DNA of 64,000 nt from positions 141,082 through 205,081 of the IMG/VR virus record IMGVR_UViG_3300031992_000012; one strand, given 5' to 3'. A model generated the notes under the pieces. That model ran no database searches. It was given only the letters and a program-made list of their open reading frames with translations, and had not been told where the DNA came from. Positions 28,134-38,275 of the stretch are shown here, piece by piece. Within the stretch, counting starts at the first letter, position 1, and each line of letters starts with the position of its first letter. The position numbers were made by a program, and so were the translations under genes. The DNA comes from a virus (taxonomy: Duplodnaviria > Caudoviricetes).

Positions 28134-29591
28134 TTGATGACCCCCGGGAAGTTCTCCGTGGTATTGCGGAGGGACAGCGACAGCCCGTTAATCGAGCTGT
28201 CGCCCTGGTACCCCCCTCTTGAACGGATACTCGTATATGAAACTCAGACCTTCGACCCCCGCAACAGGTATCCCGTCGTTGAGAAGAAGGCGTTGTTCTA
28301 CAAGACAGACAAGGACGGAATGACCGTCGGGTACTTCCCGGCGGGCATGCTACGCCGGGTGGTCAAGTGTCTTCGTGACGCCGGATGCGAAATGACGGCA
28401 ATCGACGACAGGGACCGCTCAAGGTATTTCCCGGAGCCAGACTTGTCCGCCGCAGGTGAACTGCGCGAGGGGCAGCAGGAGGTGCTGGACGCCATAATCA
28501 AGTCCGACGTTGGCATGATAGTGTGTAGCACCGGTTTCGGGAAGAGTTTCATAATCTCCGCCTTGACAATGATTTACAAAAAGTCAAGGTTTCTCATAAT
28601 AGCCCCTGGCATTGCAGAGACTGAAAATCTGTACAGCAGGATAGCCAAGCTGACCAACGACGTAAGCATGCTTGGAGGAGGAAGCCCGGGAAGCCTTGAC
28701 GCGCGGATAATAGTGTCCACGAGCAAGTCCTTCCACAAGGTGGACATGTCCAAGATTGACTTTGTGCTGTTCGACGAGGCGCACGGATGCGGCAACAACA
28801 AGGTGTCGCAGACGCTGCTGGACAATATCAGGGGAAGCAGGATATTCGGCTTCACGGCCTCCCCGAAGGGAAGGTCGGACAAGGCCGACATGGTCATGGA
28901 GGCGTTATTCGGTCCCCCGATAATCGACTTTACTTACCAGGACACGCAGGCGATGGGAAACGTCACGCCCATCGAGGTGCAGTTGTGGGACGTTCCTGGC
29001 GAAATACCCAGCAGCAAGTCGAGGTTCGGGAACGCGATGACGCAGAACAGGCGCCGGTTCTACTGGAACAACGCGGAGCGCAACAGGCTTATAAAGGCCA
29101 TTGCCGACTCTGTCCCGGAGGACGAGCAGGTTCTTGTCATGGTCGACACGGTGGAGCACCTCATCCGGCTGGGCAGCACGATGCCGGATTTCGCCTTGAT
29201 ATGCGGGGACGGCAACGACCTCGCCGCCGAGGCGAAAGCGAGAAAGCTTCCGTTGACCAACCGACTTGGGGACACCAAGGAGGAGTACGAGAAACTTGTG
29301 GATGAGTTCAGGACAGGGAAGCTAAGACGGGCCATTTCCACATTCCGGTGGAAGCAAGCCGTCGACTTTCCTGAACTGAGCGTGCTGATAAGGGGCGACG
29401 GCTCCAAGTCGGCAATCCTCGCCACGCAGGTGCCTGGGCGGCTGTCAAGACTGTCCCCGGGCAAGGAGCGTGGTCTGCTTGTAGATTTCATCGACAGGTT
29501 CAACCCCTCCGCCATGCGAAAGTCACTGGCGCGAATAAGGGAATACAAAGAAAAAGGATGGACCATAAACAGAATGGGCGTGTTCAAGTAG
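28134..29591 (+). CDS. superfamily 2 helicase (UvsW-like)
   Basis: STGFGKS, DEAH, TAS, Q..GRLSR motifs. Confidence 0.88.
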   Translation: MMTPGKFSVVLRRDSDSPLIELSPWYPPLERILVYETQTFDPRNRYPVVEKKALFYKTDKDGMTVGYFPAGMLRRVVKCLRDAGCEMTAIDDRDRSRYFPEPDLSAAGELREGQQEVLDAIIKSDVGMIVCSTGFGKSFIISALTMIYKKSRFLIIAPGIAETENLYSRIAKLTNDVSMLGGGSPGSLDARIIVSTSKSFHKVDMSKIDFVLFDEAHGCGNNKVSQTLLDNIRGSRIFGFTASPKGRSDKADMVMEALFGPPIIDFTYQDTQAMGNVTPIEVQLWDVPGEIPSSKSRFGNAMTQNRRRFYWNNAERNRLIKAIADSVPEDEQVLVMVDTVEHLIRLGSTMPDFALICGDGNDLAAEAKARKLPLTNRLGDTKEEYEKLVDEFRTGKLRRAISTFRWKQAVDFPELSVLIRGDGSKSAILATQVPGRLSRLSPGKERGLLVDFIDRFNPSAMRKSLARIREYKEKGWTINRMGVFK

Positions 29592-30094
29592 TCTTCGGGG
29601 AGTTGGCCGGGAAGCTTCTCGGGGACGCGGCACGCCCGCTGACGCCGGAATCGCTGTCACACATAAAGCAGTTGTGCGACAGCAGGGGCGTCGGGAATGA
29701 GTCCTACGCACGCTGGTGGCTTGAGACAAACGGCCGTGCACGCATGTTCAGGAACATAGTCATGTCTACAAAGACCGACTCGTCGTTCCTTGAATGGGTG
29801 GACAGCCAGCGTCTCATGTCGCCGGTGATGATTAAATTGCAGCTCGACGAGTTGCAGGTGGCTGTCAAGACGTCGTATCTACCGCCGGAGAAGTTGTTTT
29901 CCAGGCGTGTGAGAGGGGTGTCCCCCCTTGTCCAATACACGATGGCGAGATATCTTGGCTACCCGAACTCGGTTGAGTGGCTCCAGCAGGAGGCTTCTGA
30001 GGAAGCTTCGGCAAAGCCATGGCTTGCCGAGCAACTGACGAAGTTCAAGGAACCACCGGAGCAGAAAGAAAATGCCGACAAAGGACGAAGCTGA
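29558..30094 (+). CDS. hypothetical protein
   Basis: 178 aa within the replication operon. Confidence 0.5.
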   Translation: MDHKQNGRVQVVFGELAGKLLGDAARPLTPESLSHIKQLCDSRGVGNESYARWWLETNGRARMFRNIVMSTKTDSSFLEWVDSQRLMSPVMIKLQLDELQVAVKTSYLPPEKLFSRRVRGVSPLVQYTMARYLGYPNSVEWLQQEASEEASAKPWLAEQLTKFKEPPEQKENADKGRS

Positions 30095-31568
30095 CTATCT
30101 CGTAGCGTCACTGGCGCTTTTCGCACCATTGCGTCTAAGCGCCATAATGCGATGCGGGGACCTGCAGCTATTCGACCCGCTCGTGTTCCCCGCCCAGGCG
30201 ATGATCTGGGAGGTGATAACACGGATGAACGATGTCTCGCCCGATAAAATCGGCGTTGTTGCCATTGCCTGTGAACTGAAAAGCAGGAACAACCAGTCTG
30301 CCGACCACGAGGCTCTGGAGGAGGCGCTGAACCTCCTGAACGAGATGCTCGAGCTGGCCGACGACGCCTTCATAGAGGCATATGCTGAAAAGATTCTGTC
30401 CGCCTTCCTGGCACAGGCCAAGAAAGCGGACATAGTCAAACGACTGCAGGAGGCCAAGAACATCGACGAGCTGTCCAGGGCGGTGAACGACTCCGCCGAG
30501 GACGTGGCAGGCATGATGACCGAGGGAGAGCCGGACATAGAGATGCCGCTGCTGGACCCGGACACGTACATGCCCCAGTTGGAGAAGATACCGACCGGCG
30601 TCGACTGGATTGACTACCTGTCAGGCGGAGGGCACTGCCCAGGCGAAATGATTGGCATACTTGGACCACAGGGCGGCGGAAAGACACTGACCGCCACCAG
30701 CATACTTGTGGCCCAGGCGAAGCGCGAACGCAACGCGCTGTTGATAACCTACGAGCAAGGAACCCCCGGCGACGTGTCCCACCGTCTTTTCACAAGACTG
30801 CTGGACGACGCCGACGGCGACCTGCTTCGGGACTACAACGGCTCCCTCTACCCGGAACTGAGGGGCAAGCGTGTGGACGTCAGCTTCTTCCGCAAATACA
30901 ACAGAAGGCAATGGCCGCAGGCTGTTACCGACCGCTACAACGAGCTGATTGGAAGATACGGGCGGTATGTGACGACGCTCGACTTCTCCAAGGCCATCGA
31001 CCCGCGTTCCAACAAGCTGAACGGAACAAAAGGCGTCGCGGACATAGACGCCGCCGTGCAGTGGTACAGGAACCACGACAGGAAGGTGACCTATCTCATC
31101 ATAGACTGGCTGTGGCCGGCGGTCACCCGCTGGTTCTACAACCAGAGCGACAAGCGGCTTAGCGACGAACTCAAGTGCGCCACGCAGTTTGTCTACAATC
31201 TCAAGCAGTTGACTGAGCGCGAGGGGCTTATAACCATCGTGTTCCATCAGCTAGACAACGAGCACGCTCGTGCGGCGCCAAACGTGCAACCCAATGTCAC
31301 GCACGCCCTCAACATGCACTCGTTCTCGCAGGTGATGCAGCATTGCTACGTCATCGGGAACAGGGACAAGGAGACGGACGTGATGTGGCTGGGAAACGAC
31401 AAGGCCAGGACAGGCGTGCCACAATACATACTTGGAAAGATGGACGGCGCGATGGGTGTCATCGAACGCACCGACGGCTATGAGCTGTCTCGCGGCCGCT
31501 TCCTTCCCAAGGACAGCATAGTAAGCGAGGAGCCCGAATCGGAGGCTCCCGTGAACAGGTACCTATAA
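30072..31568 (+). CDS. DnaB-like replicative helicase
   Basis: IPTG, GPQGGGKT, TYEQ, IIDW, HQL, KAR motifs. Confidence 0.8.
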   Translation: MPTKDEADYLVASLALFAPLRLSAIMRCGDLQLFDPLVFPAQAMIWEVITRMNDVSPDKIGVVAIACELKSRNNQSADHEALEEALNLLNEMLELADDAFIEAYAEKILSAFLAQAKKADIVKRLQEAKNIDELSRAVNDSAEDVAGMMTEGEPDIEMPLLDPDTYMPQLEKIPTGVDWIDYLSGGGHCPGEMIGILGPQGGGKTLTATSILVAQAKRERNALLITYEQGTPGDVSHRLFTRLLDDADGDLLRDYNGSLYPELRGKRVDVSFFRKYNRRQWPQAVTDRYNELIGRYGRYVTTLDFSKAIDPRSNKLNGTKGVADIDAAVQWYRNHDRKVTYLIIDWLWPAVTRWFYNQSDKRLSDELKCATQFVYNLKQLTEREGLITIVFHQLDNEHARAAPNVQPNVTHALNMHSFSQVMQHCYVIGNRDKETDVMWLGNDKARTGVPQYILGKMDGAMGVIERTDGYELSRGRFLPKDSIVSEEPESEAPVNRYL

Positions 31569-32626
31569 TGCTCAACAGGCAGTTATACGAAGCCCTTCAT
31601 AGAGAGTTCGGGAATGTGCACATATACTCGGCGGAGGAACCCGCCATGTTCACCGTGCGCAGACGGACTGTCCTGGACAGAGGGGGCAAGGACTGGGGAG
31701 AGAACGTTAAAGGGGGAGAGCATTACGCTGTCAGATGCCCTTTCTGCGGATACCCGACCCTTTGGTTCTCGTACCTCGCCGGAGCCGTAATGGACGTCGC
31801 CAGCGGCGAGCCAATATGGTTCCCAAGGGGACTCATGATTTGCTACCACTGCCTCGAGACGAACAAGAAGGAAAAACGTGAGGAAATATGGAAACGGTTG
31901 CAGAAGGAGGGCGAGGTATTCAGGGTCAAGGAGGGTGCGGGCGACAAATTTGCTGCACTCGACTCTGGACTGCCTGGTGAAACTGGTCCTGCTCCTGCTA
32001 TCGCTTTTCCGGCTGGCTGTGGAATCGCTTCTAGCGGCGTGCCGGAAAAAGTCAGGGAATACCTCAGGGAGAGAGACGTAGACCCGGTCGAGCTCCAAAG
32101 GGAGTGCGCCGCCTGCTGGTGTGAAAACGCGGCGGGCGACGGTGTCGGCCGAATCACGTTCCCGGTCTACAAGAACAGCCAACTGGTTGGATGGCAGGGC
32201 CGCGCCTTGCCTGAAGACGTGTCCAGGGGGAAACCCAAGTACTGGACATGCGGCAGCAAAGCCGGTTGGCTGTTCAACATGGACAGGGCCCGCTGGTTCC
32301 CTTTCGGCGTCCTCGTGGAGGGCGTCTTCGATTGCTTCCGGGTAGGCGTGCAAGGGGTATGCCGCTTCGGAAAGACCACCAGCATAGCGCAGCTCAGGAT
32401 GCTCCGGAGTTTCTGGGGCGACCAGGGGCTTGTGATATTGCCGGACATGAACGACCCTTCCGCGTGGGACGACGCCGACAAGGAGGCCACCGAGTGGAAC
32501 GCCCGTGGCCTCTTCAAGGACGGCGTGAAGCTTGTCAGGCTGCCGGCCGGGAGAGACCCCGGTTCAATGAAGCACTCCGAGCTGGCTGCCCTGATAAAGG
32601 AGCAGACGGGGAGGGAGCTTGCATGA
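31568..32626 (+). CDS. DNA primase (zinc finger + TOPRIM)
   Basis: CPFC...CYHC, RITFPV, GWQGR, PKY, VEGVFD, DPG. Confidence 0.85.
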   Translation: MLNRQLYEALHREFGNVHIYSAEEPAMFTVRRRTVLDRGGKDWGENVKGGEHYAVRCPFCGYPTLWFSYLAGAVMDVASGEPIWFPRGLMICYHCLETNKKEKREEIWKRLQKEGEVFRVKEGAGDKFAALDSGLPGETGPAPAIAFPAGCGIASSGVPEKVREYLRERDVDPVELQRECAACWCENAAGDGVGRITFPVYKNSQLVGWQGRALPEDVSRGKPKYWTCGSKAGWLFNMDRARWFPFGVLVEGVFDCFRVGVQGVCRFGKTTSIAQLRMLRSFWGDQGLVILPDMNDPSAWDDADKEATEWNARGLFKDGVKLVRLPAGRDPGSMKHSELAALIKEQTGRELA

Positions 32627-32880
32627 AATGGCAGAAGGAGCTTTCACAGTTAATCTCATGCGGATGGGAGCCGTTGTTTGAACAAGGGAGGTTCGCGATC
32701 CGTTCAAAGTCGAGAACCCCGACCATTACGCTGTATCCGCCGCAAGGCATATACGGAACATGGTTTGTCAGACTTATTAAATCACCGGATTCCGACACAG
32801 GAGTATATATGGCCGGTGATGACGCGTTTGACCTATTGCAAGGGCTGGGCCAGGCGATTGACAGGGATACACACCCATAA
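32623..32880 (+). CDS. small hypothetical protein
   Basis: ATGA-coupled, MKWQKELSQ... Confidence 0.5.
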   Translation: MKWQKELSQLISCGWEPLFEQGRFAIRSKSRTPTITLYPPQGIYGTWFVRLIKSPDSDTGVYMAGDDAFDLLQGLGQAIDRDTHP

Positions 32881-32904
32881 TTTTACGAAGGAAAAGGAAA
32901 GAAA

Positions 32905-33492
32905 ATGAATAAACCTAATTCTCCAGCTCAGTGGTTTGCCCGCTGCCGGTCACTGGGTTGGTCAACAACAAACAGCGGAGGAACAATAACGGCAACGTCA
33001 CCACGGAAGACGGTGATTACATACGATACAAAGAAAGGAAAATTCACATCAGGTTCGATTGTCGAAGGGGATTTTGTAAGATTAATAAATCTGCTCATAG
33101 ACGTCTACGGACGGGCTAGCCATGAGCATCGCAAGAACCTGCAGAACGCCAAGATGGATACGAAGGAGCTTTTCGCCCTGCTGGACATCTGCCAGCAGAA
33201 GGAGGAGAAGACTCCGTTCGATTCCTGGAAGCCTGCGGGCGACGGCCGGCTCTGCCTGGATTACAGCATAGGTCCGCTGGTCGTGTCGGCGACGGTGAAC
33301 GATGACTGCTCGTGGACAGTGTCGATGAGCGACGGCGGTCCGTGCGACAGGACCGAGACCGGTAAAGCCGACAGTTTCATGAACGCCAAGCTCCAGGTGG
33401 ACGAGATGCTGCTTGAATGGACGGATGAAGTCATCTGTACAGGAAAGTACGCTCTTAAGCTGAACTCAAGGATAAAGGGGGTAATTGAATGA
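32905..33492 (+). CDS. hypothetical protein
   Basis: 195 aa, purine-rich RBS. Confidence 0.55.
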   Translation: MNKPNSPAQWFARCRSLGWSTTNSGGTITATSPRKTVITYDTKKGKFTSGSIVEGDFVRLINLLIDVYGRASHEHRKNLQNAKMDTKELFALLDICQQKEEKTPFDSWKPAGDGRLCLDYSIGPLVVSATVNDDCSWTVSMSDGGPCDRTETGKADSFMNAKLQVDEMLLEWTDEVICTGKYALKLNSRIKGVIE

Positions 33493-34175
33493 AACAACCT
33501 CTCAACGCCCTCGAAGCCAAGACCGAGGAGGGCGGCCTTGTCGGTTATGTCGAATTCTGTAACGCCATGGGGCAGGAGCTCGACATAATAAACGCGGCGC
33601 GGGAATGCAGGGGCGGCCACTACGACGAACTGAGCGAGAACGCCGTGAAACTTCTTGGCGCGCTCCTGGAGCACGAACACATGTCCGTGTTCGAACACGC
33701 CATCGTGGCCTACCGAATAACGTGCCCGATATTCACAAGAACACACCTGTTCCGGTACAGGACAGCCTCCGTGACAGAATTGTCAGGCCGCATAAAGCAC
33801 GACAGCATAGACGTCTGGATACCCGACGAGTTCCGTAACAAGAACGAGGTCGACGCGGGACGCAAGCAGCAGTTGCGAGCCCTGTATCTCAGTGCGGTTC
33901 ATACTTCCGTGGCGGCCTACAAGACCATGATTGACGGAGGCGTCCCGGCCGAGCAGGCCCGTGCAGTGCTTCCTCAGGGAATGTTCACGACGTTCCGGTA
34001 CACCATCGACCTGCGCAATTTCATACACATATGGAATGAGCGCACAGCCAACGGTGTCCAATCGGAGACGAAGGCGGTGGTAATGGCGATGGCAGAATGC
34101 GCGCGTCGCCGTTTCCCGAACATAGGCTGGATGCTTGGATGGCCGGAACCGCGAGAGAGCAAAGAGGAAGAATGA
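33489..34175 (+). CDS. thyX: flavin-dependent thymidylate synthase
   Basis: HMSVFEH, RYRTASVTELSGR (variant of RHRx7SxR), EQARAVLP, LRNF. Confidence 0.88.
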   Translation: MKQPLNALEAKTEEGGLVGYVEFCNAMGQELDIINAARECRGGHYDELSENAVKLLGALLEHEHMSVFEHAIVAYRITCPIFTRTHLFRYRTASVTELSGRIKHDSIDVWIPDEFRNKNEVDAGRKQQLRALYLSAVHTSVAAYKTMIDGGVPAEQARAVLPQGMFTTFRYTIDLRNFIHIWNERTANGVQSETKAVVMAMAECARRRFPNIGWMLGWPEPRESKEEE

Positions 34176-34930
34176 GAATACTTGCATTGGCGGACCTTCA
34201 CTCCACGCCCGGGAACGAAAAAGCCATGCGGCAGGCGGCGGAGGAAAGCAAAAAGGACGACATAGACGTCGTGGTCATAGCCGGGGACATATCCGACTGG
34301 GGCATAGGGTATGCGTTCGAAAGCCTGCATAACCTGTTCGACGTCCCTGTCGTCTTCTGCCTCGGCAACCACGAGTTCGCACGGCGCACTGTGGCGGATG
34401 TGATGAAAAGATGCAACCAGCAGCAGGGGTTGTATTTTGGCAAGAACATCTACTGCCTTGACGTCGTGCGGACCGTTACCATAAAAGGCGTCACATTTGG
34501 CGGCAACGTGTTGTGGTACGATGGTTCACTCAGCAACATGGATGAAGAATCCAAGAGAAAGGCGGTTGAACACATCAACCCCCACTGGCTGGACGCGTCA
34601 ATCAAGGACTTCGACGTATTGTCCGAGAACAGGCTGTGCGTCGAAAGAATAATGCACCTTAAAGAGGCCGACGGTCCGAAGGTGCTGGTTACACACACCG
34701 TGCCCCATAAGGAGCTTAACTGGTTTGAGACAAACATGCCGGACAGCCCCTTCAACATCTACTCAGGAATGGCTGACCTTATATCGAAGGTCCAGCCCGA
34801 CGTGGCCATTTGCGGCCATACGCACAAACGTGTCATAGCCCGTATTGGTGATTGTCGCTGCTTCAACATAGGCAACGACTACTCCTATCGGGACGGATGG
34901 GTACTTCAAAAGGATATAATCGAACTGTGA
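34172..34930 (+). CDS. metallophosphoesterase
   Basis: ADLH, AGDI, GNHE, THTVP, GHTH. Confidence 0.85.
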   Translation: MRILALADLHSTPGNEKAMRQAAEESKKDDIDVVVIAGDISDWGIGYAFESLHNLFDVPVVFCLGNHEFARRTVADVMKRCNQQQGLYFGKNIYCLDVVRTVTIKGVTFGGNVLWYDGSLSNMDEESKRKAVEHINPHWLDASIKDFDVLSENRLCVERIMHLKEADGPKVLVTHTVPHKELNWFETNMPDSPFNIYSGMADLISKVQPDVAICGHTHKRVIARIGDCRCFNIGNDYSYRDGWVLQKDIIEL

Positions 34931-35541
34931 AACTGCACATGTGCCCTTGTGGCGCCCAGCCCAGCGTGATGAAATTCGGGCAGAGCTGGATTGTTGAGTG
35001 CTCCAGTTGCGCACAGAACTCGGGCGCCTTCTCCACGCCCGAGCTTGCCGTGTCACGCTGGAACAAAATGGTTGCCGCCATCGACGGCATCGTGGAAGTT
35101 AGGGTCAAGCGACTGCGCGAGAACGCAAAGCTGCCCGAAAGAAAACACCCCGGGGACATCGGGCTGGACCTGTACGCCTCGGAGGTCGTCAACTACGGAA
35201 ACATCCTGTACGTCGGCGCGGGAATCGCCGTCGAGCTTGGCGGGATACCCGTGTACGGATACCAGCTCCGTCCAAGGAGCTCGATAATCTACACGGGGCT
35301 GTTCATGCCCAACTCGCCGGGGACAATCGAGCGGACGTACCGTGGCGAACTGGCCGTCAACTTCATGATTGGACCGAAGCCTGCCATCGAAAAGGCGCGG
35401 GGAATCTATGAAGTCGGCGACTGCTTCTGCCAGTTGTGTTTCCCTGAGACAATAGACCCCGCCAAGATAAAGGTAATGGAGGTCGACCGCCTTTCGGAGA
35501 GCGAAAGGGGGACTGACGGATTCGGCTCGACGAACAAATGA
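34927..35541 (+). CDS. dut: dUTPase with N-terminal zinc-ribbon domain
   Basis: GLDL, RSS, GTIERTYRGE, RGTDGFGST; N-terminal CPCG...CSSC...WN. Confidence 0.85.
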   Translation: MKLHMCPCGAQPSVMKFGQSWIVECSSCAQNSGAFSTPELAVSRWNKMVAAIDGIVEVRVKRLRENAKLPERKHPGDIGLDLYASEVVNYGNILYVGAGIAVELGGIPVYGYQLRPRSSIIYTGLFMPNSPGTIERTYRGELAVNFMIGPKPAIEKARGIYEVGDCFCQLCFPETIDPAKIKVMEVDRLSESERGTDGFGSTNK

Positions 35542-36932
35542 CGTCGAGGACATTCACGGTGGAAAAGGTCGGGCGGTGCGTCAAGGGCGTCGTGTGGCGC
35601 CCCGGCATGCCCGTCAGGTCCATCGGTCGCTGGACCGCCGTCGACACCGAGACGCTGATGATTGACGAGAACAAGCCGGGGAGCGTCCCCGAGCTCGTCC
35701 TTCTGACGGCGTACGGTGGCGGCGACACGGTAGAACTTGTCTGGTGGTACGACGTGGACGTGTATCTGGCCAGCCTGATGAACTCGGGAACGACTTTCGT
35801 TTTCCACAACGCGCCATTCGACATGAACGTAACGGGCATGGACAAATGGCTGCCGGTGGTGGACAACGACAAGGTCGTGGACACCGGTATCCAATGGGTG
35901 CTTCACAAGATGGCCACAATCGGTTTGTCCGACGAGGCCGACGAATATCCGAAGCTTGCCCGTGTGGTGCAGGACGTCCTCGGCGAGACGCTCGAGAAGG
36001 ACGGCGAAGTCAGATGCACGTTCACCCGCGACATGGAGCTTGACGACGAGCACGCCATATACGCCTGCGGCGATGCCGTGGCCACCTGGCTGGCGGCGTT
36101 CACCATGTCGCCGGCGTTCGTCATGCCACCGACAATGGCAACCCAGATAAAGGGGTTCATAAGTCTCGACAGCATAAGCCGAAACGGAATCCTTGTCGAT
36201 CGGGACTGGATGGACAACCTGAGAAACGAGTATCTCGCAAAGAAGGACGAGCTGAAACTGACGCTCGCCGACTACGGGATAAACGTTGACAAGGAGCTTG
36301 AGACACGGGAGATAATCTCGTACCTTCAATCCACCATCCTTCCCACGCTGCCCGACAATCCGCTTGCCGACGACTATCGTACGGCGCTTGTCTGGCTTGG
36401 CAAAGGCGAGGATACGGAATGGCCTGTGTTCGGGCAGAAGGGGAAGATAAACCCCGCCGTGACGGAATGGAAGAACGGCCCGCCGTTCAACCTTCCGCTC
36501 AAGGCGACGCCCAAGCAGATGGTCAACGTCCTGTGGAAAATCGCCATGAACATCGAGGCCGGCCGGGAAAAGGACGACGGCCTGCAGGAATGGTGGGAGA
36601 AGCACGACGGATGGCCCCCGGGCTACAAGCAGGAGGGCAAGACGAAACAGCTTCAAAGGCTGATGGCGGAATCGGAGAAGTTCTGCAGCCAGCCGTTCCC
36701 GAAGACCAAAAGCGGTCTGTACGCGCTCGACGACAAGGCGCTCGAGCAGATACCGACCCAGGACATCGAACGCCTGAAGTTCCTTAAGGCGCTCAAGGAG
36801 TACAACCATGCCGAGAAGATGGCTTCTACGTATCTGGACTCCGACAAGCTGATAAGGGCCGACGGGCGTGTGCATCCTAGATACATACCAGTAAAAAGTA
36901 CTGGTAGAACGAGTTGCAAAAATCCGAATGTT
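35538..36932 (+). CDS. polA: DNA polymerase family A, exon 1 (3'-5' exonuclease and start of polymerase)
   Basis: VDTET, FHNAPFD, YACGDA; ends TGRTSCKNPNV. Confidence 0.88.
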
Positions 36933-38275
36933 TGAACCTTCCTTGATTATACAAAAAGGGTGTATATTAAGAGGTGGGAAAGGGATAAATACAAATAATC
37001 AAGGAAACAACAATGCCGAGACATGCAGTAACTACACCATGTAGTATGTGTGGCGCACCAGTTAGCGCAAAAAGAAAAAGAGTATGTGTTATAAAAGGCT
37101 TTCCTATTACGTGTGTCCCTTGTGGGGAAACGCTAATAGTAGAGAGAAGAAAAGTTAGAGCCAGAGAAAAAGCAGAGCGCAAAGACAAGGAGTTAAATCT
37201 TCATTGTGCTGTGTGTGGTAAAGCTATTCCTTGGAAACCCGTATATTCCTGTGCAGCGAGAATACCTAAAACGTGTTCTAGGAGCTGTGGAGCTAAGCTT
37301 GGTATGAAGGACAGGAAGTATACGAAAGAAGCTTTTATTGATAAGTTGACTTCGTATATCAAAAGTGTGGGGCATCGAATGACTTATAAAGAGATAATAG
37401 AGGGATGTGGCGTAAAAACGACAATCCTTCAAAAATTCGGAATAAGCCTTCTTGCCTTGCAAAAAGAGATATTCGGGCTGCAGTGCGATCGTGTTCATCA
37501 CATGTCTTCAGATGGAAGTTTGTCTTCCCAAGCAGAGGACAGTGACTATGTAGAGATAAGAGATGCTATAAAAAGCAAACAGAACGACGAGATCGTACTG
37601 GCGGCAATAAGGAAGTGCATAAGTAAAAACGGACGGTACACCGGAATAGTCGAACTTATGAAGAAAACAGGATTAAGTTTCGAACCTCTCCATAGGTACG
37701 ATATTCAGGGGATAAATACAAGTCTAGGGTATGAGAACGAACGCCGTTCCTGTGCTGAGGATGACCTGTACTTATTGCTAGTGGAACGTTTTGGAAAAGA
37801 CGCTGTTAGTCGTGAGCATACATTCATGGATTGTCGAAGCGTAAAGGGCTGGCCTTTACGCTTCGACTTCTATATTCCGACATACTCCGCACTGATAGAA
37901 CTTGACGGGGTTAGTCACGACACGAATAACCCCATACACGGGCTATGCGTTGATGAAAACCGTAAAATCAAGGAAGCTTATGCAAAAGAACACGGGATGC
38001 GACTTTTCGTATACACATATAAGGATATAACAGAAATACCGGCATTGCTCGAAAGAATAGTTTTGGACATTCTAAAACCGGTTGAACTGCTGGAACCCCC
38101 TAGCGGGCAATCAGCAACCAAGCCGACAGAGATGTCGGAAGGCTCAGAGACCATCGAAAGGCACAGCGATGTGAACCAAGTAGAGTAGGAAAGTCGTCGT
38201 TCCCAAGCGGCCGGCATGACGTATATCATGAAGATATGGTCCGACACTCTCAGCAATGGGAGATAACAAGCAGAG
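36933..38275 (+). mobile_element. group I intron (IA2-like) in the DNA polymerase gene
   Basis: Exon ends in U and intron ends in G; removal joins NPNV to QNLPR in frame; core elements gaactgctggaa, aatcagcaa, ctcagagacca, aagatatggtcc. Confidence 0.88.
37013..38188 (+). CDS. intron-encoded homing endonuclease (zinc fingers + PD-(D/E)xK/Vsr-like domain)
   Basis: CxxC repeats; LRFDFYIP...LIELDG..H; low GC; C-terminus runs into the intron core. Confidence 0.8.
   Translation: MPRHAVTTPCSMCGAPVSAKRKRVCVIKGFPITCVPCGETLIVERRKVRAREKAERKDKELNLHCAVCGKAIPWKPVYSCAARIPKTCSRSCGAKLGMKDRKYTKEAFIDKLTSYIKSVGHRMTYKEIIEGCGVKTTILQKFGISLLALQKEIFGLQCDRVHHMSSDGSLSSQAEDSDYVEIRDAIKSKQNDEIVLAAIRKCISKNGRYTGIVELMKKTGLSFEPLHRYDIQGINTSLGYENERRSCAEDDLYLLLVERFGKDAVSREHTFMDCRSVKGWPLRFDFYIPTYSALIELDGVSHDTNNPIHGLCVDENRKIKEAYAKEHGMRLFVYTYKDITEIPALLERIVLDILKPVELLEPPSGQSATKPTEMSEGSETIERHSDVNQVE

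Noticed and set aside
35406-36875. 489-aa minus-strand ORF and similar long antisense ORFs (e.g. 53074-54297, 346-1209)
   Set aside because: Shadow ORFs of GC-rich, codon-biased + strand genes
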